Virus record (IMG/VR): IMGVR_UViG_3300031754_000001
Coordinates: 75,584 to 139,583 of that record
Strand: one strand, 5' to 3'
DNA: 64,000 nucleotides
Source: a virus
Of this stretch, positions 61,761-64,000 are shown piece after piece (position 1 is the stretch's first letter; the number at the start of each line of letters is the position of its first letter). The position numbers and the translations under genes are program-made. The notes below the pieces were generated by a model. The model did not search any database. It had not been told where the DNA came from and was given only the letters and a program-made list of their open reading frames with translations.

Positions 61761-62480
61761 TCAGGCAGTCACGCGGGTACGGCTACGGCGCGGTGACGGC
61801 ATGGGGGTGATGCCGGCCTTCTTGCATAGGGGGCAGTCCGTGCGAGGTTCGGAAGTGGCGTGTGACGGGACACCCTTAACGGCGTGGAGGGTAGCGGGCT
61901 TGGCGGCGCGGTCTGCCTTGATTTTCGCGACCTTGGCGCGTGCTTTGGCTAGCTCGCCTTCAAGGCGCATAACCTCGGCTTCAGCTAGCGCTAGCTCATC
62001 CGCTGGCTCACCGGTCTCGTCGCTGGCTTCGTCGCTGGCTTCGTCGCTGGTCTCGTCGCCAGCCGGCGCGCGGCGCGACTTGACCTCTGCCCTAGCGTCG
62101 GCGACCGACCACGTACGTGACGCGATTAGCTCATTGCGGTCATCTTCCCGGCTGAACACCTGATGGACGGTCCATGAATTGGAGTCCGACCGGTCGGAAG
62201 GTGCGTACGCGCCGGCCACGAAACGAAGATCCAGCACGGTGCGGTAGGCGACATTGATGTCATCGGAGAATTTCTGGACAGTCTTCTTGCCGTATGTGGT
62301 TTCGACAGTCAGTGCTGCGTCTCCGATTATCCAGTTGGCTTTGCCCTGACTGGCAGCAGCAGACTTTCCGGCGCGAACGGCAGCGTTGTACTTGACCATG
62401 CTGACTTTCTTGGGAGCGGTCTTGGGCGCGGTCTTGGGCGCGGTCTTGGGCGCGGTCTTGGGAGCGGTCTTGACAGACAT
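61761..62480 (-). CDS. LmbU/DUF6192-like HTH DNA-binding protein with N-terminal KTAP repeats
   Basis: W.IGD.AL...YG...FSDDI.V.Y.T....R.VA.....R....SW.VH...R.....WSV..AR; (KTAP)x5; AAGGAGA RBS. Confidence 0.65.
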   Translation of the reverse strand: MSVKTAPKTAPKTAPKTAPKTAPKKVSMVKYNAAVRAGKSAAASQGKANWIIGDAALTVETTYGKKTVQKFSDDINVAYRTVLDLRFVAGAYAPSDRSDSNSWTVHQVFSREDDRNELIASRTWSVADARAEVKSRRAPAGDETSDEASDEASDETGEPADELALAEAEVMRLEGELAKARAKVAKIKADRAAKPATLHAVKGVPSHATSEPRTDCPLCKKAGITPMPSPRRSRTRVTA

Positions 62481-63345
62481 GATGTCTCCTTCTGGTGATG
62501 ATTCTGGTTTGGCTGGGTCGGGTTAGTGCGGAAGATGGCAAGCGGACCGGTCGTGGGCCTGGCCGGCTAGGTGCAAGGCGTTCGCGGTGTTCTGGTGCGT
62601 GGCGTGCCAGTAAGCGGTGAGGTAGGCGTAGATTCCGGAGATTGCGCGGTTGTCCATGGTCTGGTTACCTCACTTCGATGTTGCTGCCACGGCATTCCGG
62701 GCAGTGGATCCACGCGCCGGCCACGATTGACTGAGCCTTGCACTGTGATTCATGGCAGGTAATGACAGACTGGATAACCGTCATGGTGGCTCCTTCTGGT
62801 AGACCGGTTTGGCCGTTCGGCCACGGCCGGCCATGGTGCGCGGTATGCGGGTAAGTGACCAGCCAGGCAAGCACTGAAGTTGTCCCGGTCACGGAATCGT
62901 CATGATGCGCGCCATGGCCCGCCATGGTGGAACGAACATGAATATCAGTTGCCGCATCCGGTAGTTGCTAGATACCGGCCGGCATGCGAGCTAGGTTCGC
63001 GATGCGTTGCTAGCTCTAAGGCAGACTCACCTTAAAAGTTGCCACGTGGTTCGGATCGTAGGGTCGGCCGACCGTGAATCGCTGTAACGAAACCTGCTGT
63101 CGGATCTTGGCAGTCTGTGAACCGTGCTCGCCTACCCGCCTACGTGGCGTGTCCTCAATTCTGGAGTTATCCGGCCAACTCGGAGGTCCCGTCACCTGGG
63201 AGCGGTTGGCTCGGTACTGATATTTGATTGAGCCCTAACAGTCGCACACTGTCCTATGGAGTAGCAAGTGACAATCCTCCGACCGATCGGTAAATGATCT
63301 TGAAAGCATGGTCAACATGCCTGTGACCTGCGATAATAGAATAAA

Positions 63346-63361
63346 TGTGATCTCCGTCACA
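63346..63361. promoter_or_regulatory. CRP/GlxR-type site
   Basis: AAA-TGTGA-TCTCCG-TCACA-TT, a perfect TGTGA-N6-TCACA. Confidence 0.65.
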
Positions 63362-63873
63362 TTAGGGCTACATGGTGTGCTACATAAGGTATTCGACGTG
63401 TCACCTCATGACTGAGGGCATGGCCGGGGCGCGGTCGGCGCGGTGCTGGCCATGGATCACGGCAGGATAGGCGTCACTTGCGCTTAGGCAAGTATTGTTA
63501 CCGGGCGGTAATCATGCTGTGACCTGCAATGTTCTACTGGTTCGAACGTTAGGTTAGCTAAAGGCTAGTTATTTCGAATTTTCCAAGATCCTTTACGGGG
63601 CAGAGTTTGTCCTGACAAACGACCTGGCAAAACGTCGCGCGGGGTTGACTGGAGTGCCCGGAACATGCCCTCTCACCAGCCATGATGCCCGCAGGGACGA
63701 TTTAAGCGTGCCGGCGCATAGCGGTATGGGTCATTCGAACAAACCCGGGAGATTTGATTTGAGGGCTCCCGTTCGAACACCCGTCACGTACTTGTTAGAA
63801 CGGCTAATCGTTAAAGGCCAGCACACAGGGTGATGTCCGTTATGTCTGGTTTGGCTGGCTGTTCCGCTGGCCG

Positions 63874-63887
63874 CGAACGGTTGTTCG
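63874..63887. promoter_or_regulatory. LexA SOS-box-like site
   Basis: CGAAC-GGTT-GTTCG. Confidence 0.5.
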
Positions 63888-63902
63888 CTAGGCGCACATG
63901 CC

Positions 63903-64000
63903 GGCCTGGTGGCTCGGCCTGGTGGCTCGGCCTGGTGGCTCGGCCTGGTGGCTCGGCCTGGTGGCTCGGCCTGGTGGCTCGGCCTGGTGGCTCGGCCTGG
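63903..64000. repeat. 13-bp tandem repeat GGCCTGGTGGCTC (7.5 copies, runs off the window)
   Basis: Direct reading; copies identical, no spacers. Confidence 0.95.

Larger units (their letters stand above)
33549..63292. repeat. dispersed 16-bp palindrome TTCCGRYnnRYCGGAA (about 23 copies)
   Basis: Starts at 33549, 35270, 42584, 45258, 46633, 48629, 50762, 51168, 54109, 55388, 56518, 56748, 58270, 58617, 58880, 59841, 59983, 60483, 61015, 61250, 61305, 62184, 63277. Confidence 0.9.

Noticed and set aside
63227-63247. HspR HAIR site
   Set aside because: Only one partial half-site matches
42584-63292. 16-bp palindromes as CRISPR repeats, attC sites or terminators
   Set aside because: Too short, irregularly spaced, partly intragenic, no U-tracts, and no integrase seen
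63903-64000. CRISPR array
   Set aside because: Contiguous 13-bp units with no spacers. The Cas4-like gene is a solo phage exonuclease

Overview
High-GC window that reads as the non-structural half of a large actinobacteriophage genome. I found no capsid, tail, terminase or integrase gene, and no CRISPR array. There are four blocks. (1) About 0.3-18.9 kb, leftward: vWA and membrane proteins, DUF932, an XRE-HTH/Lsr2-like/RNA polymerase alpha-CTD fusion and an Lsr2-like gene. (2) About 19-37 kb, rightward replication and lysis block: Cas4-like exonuclease, SSB, SNF2 helicase, MazG-like, RuvC-like, DUF559, a 1595-aa Prim-Pol/SF3 helicase/PolA fusion with an iteron array inside its own coding sequence, DUF1643, endolysin and HNH. 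(3) About 37-62.5 kb, leftward: roughly 50 mostly small genes. This arm and its flanks (33.5-63.3 kb) carry about 23 copies of a 16-bp palindrome, TTCCGRYnnRYCGGAA, and a LmbU/DUF6192-like HTH gene with KTAP repeats sits near its head. (4) About 62.9-64 kb, non-coding: packed with host-regulator-like sites (CRP, LexA, NrdR, IdeR half-site) and ending in a 13-bp tandem repeat. All family calls come from motifs recognised by eye; no database searches were run.
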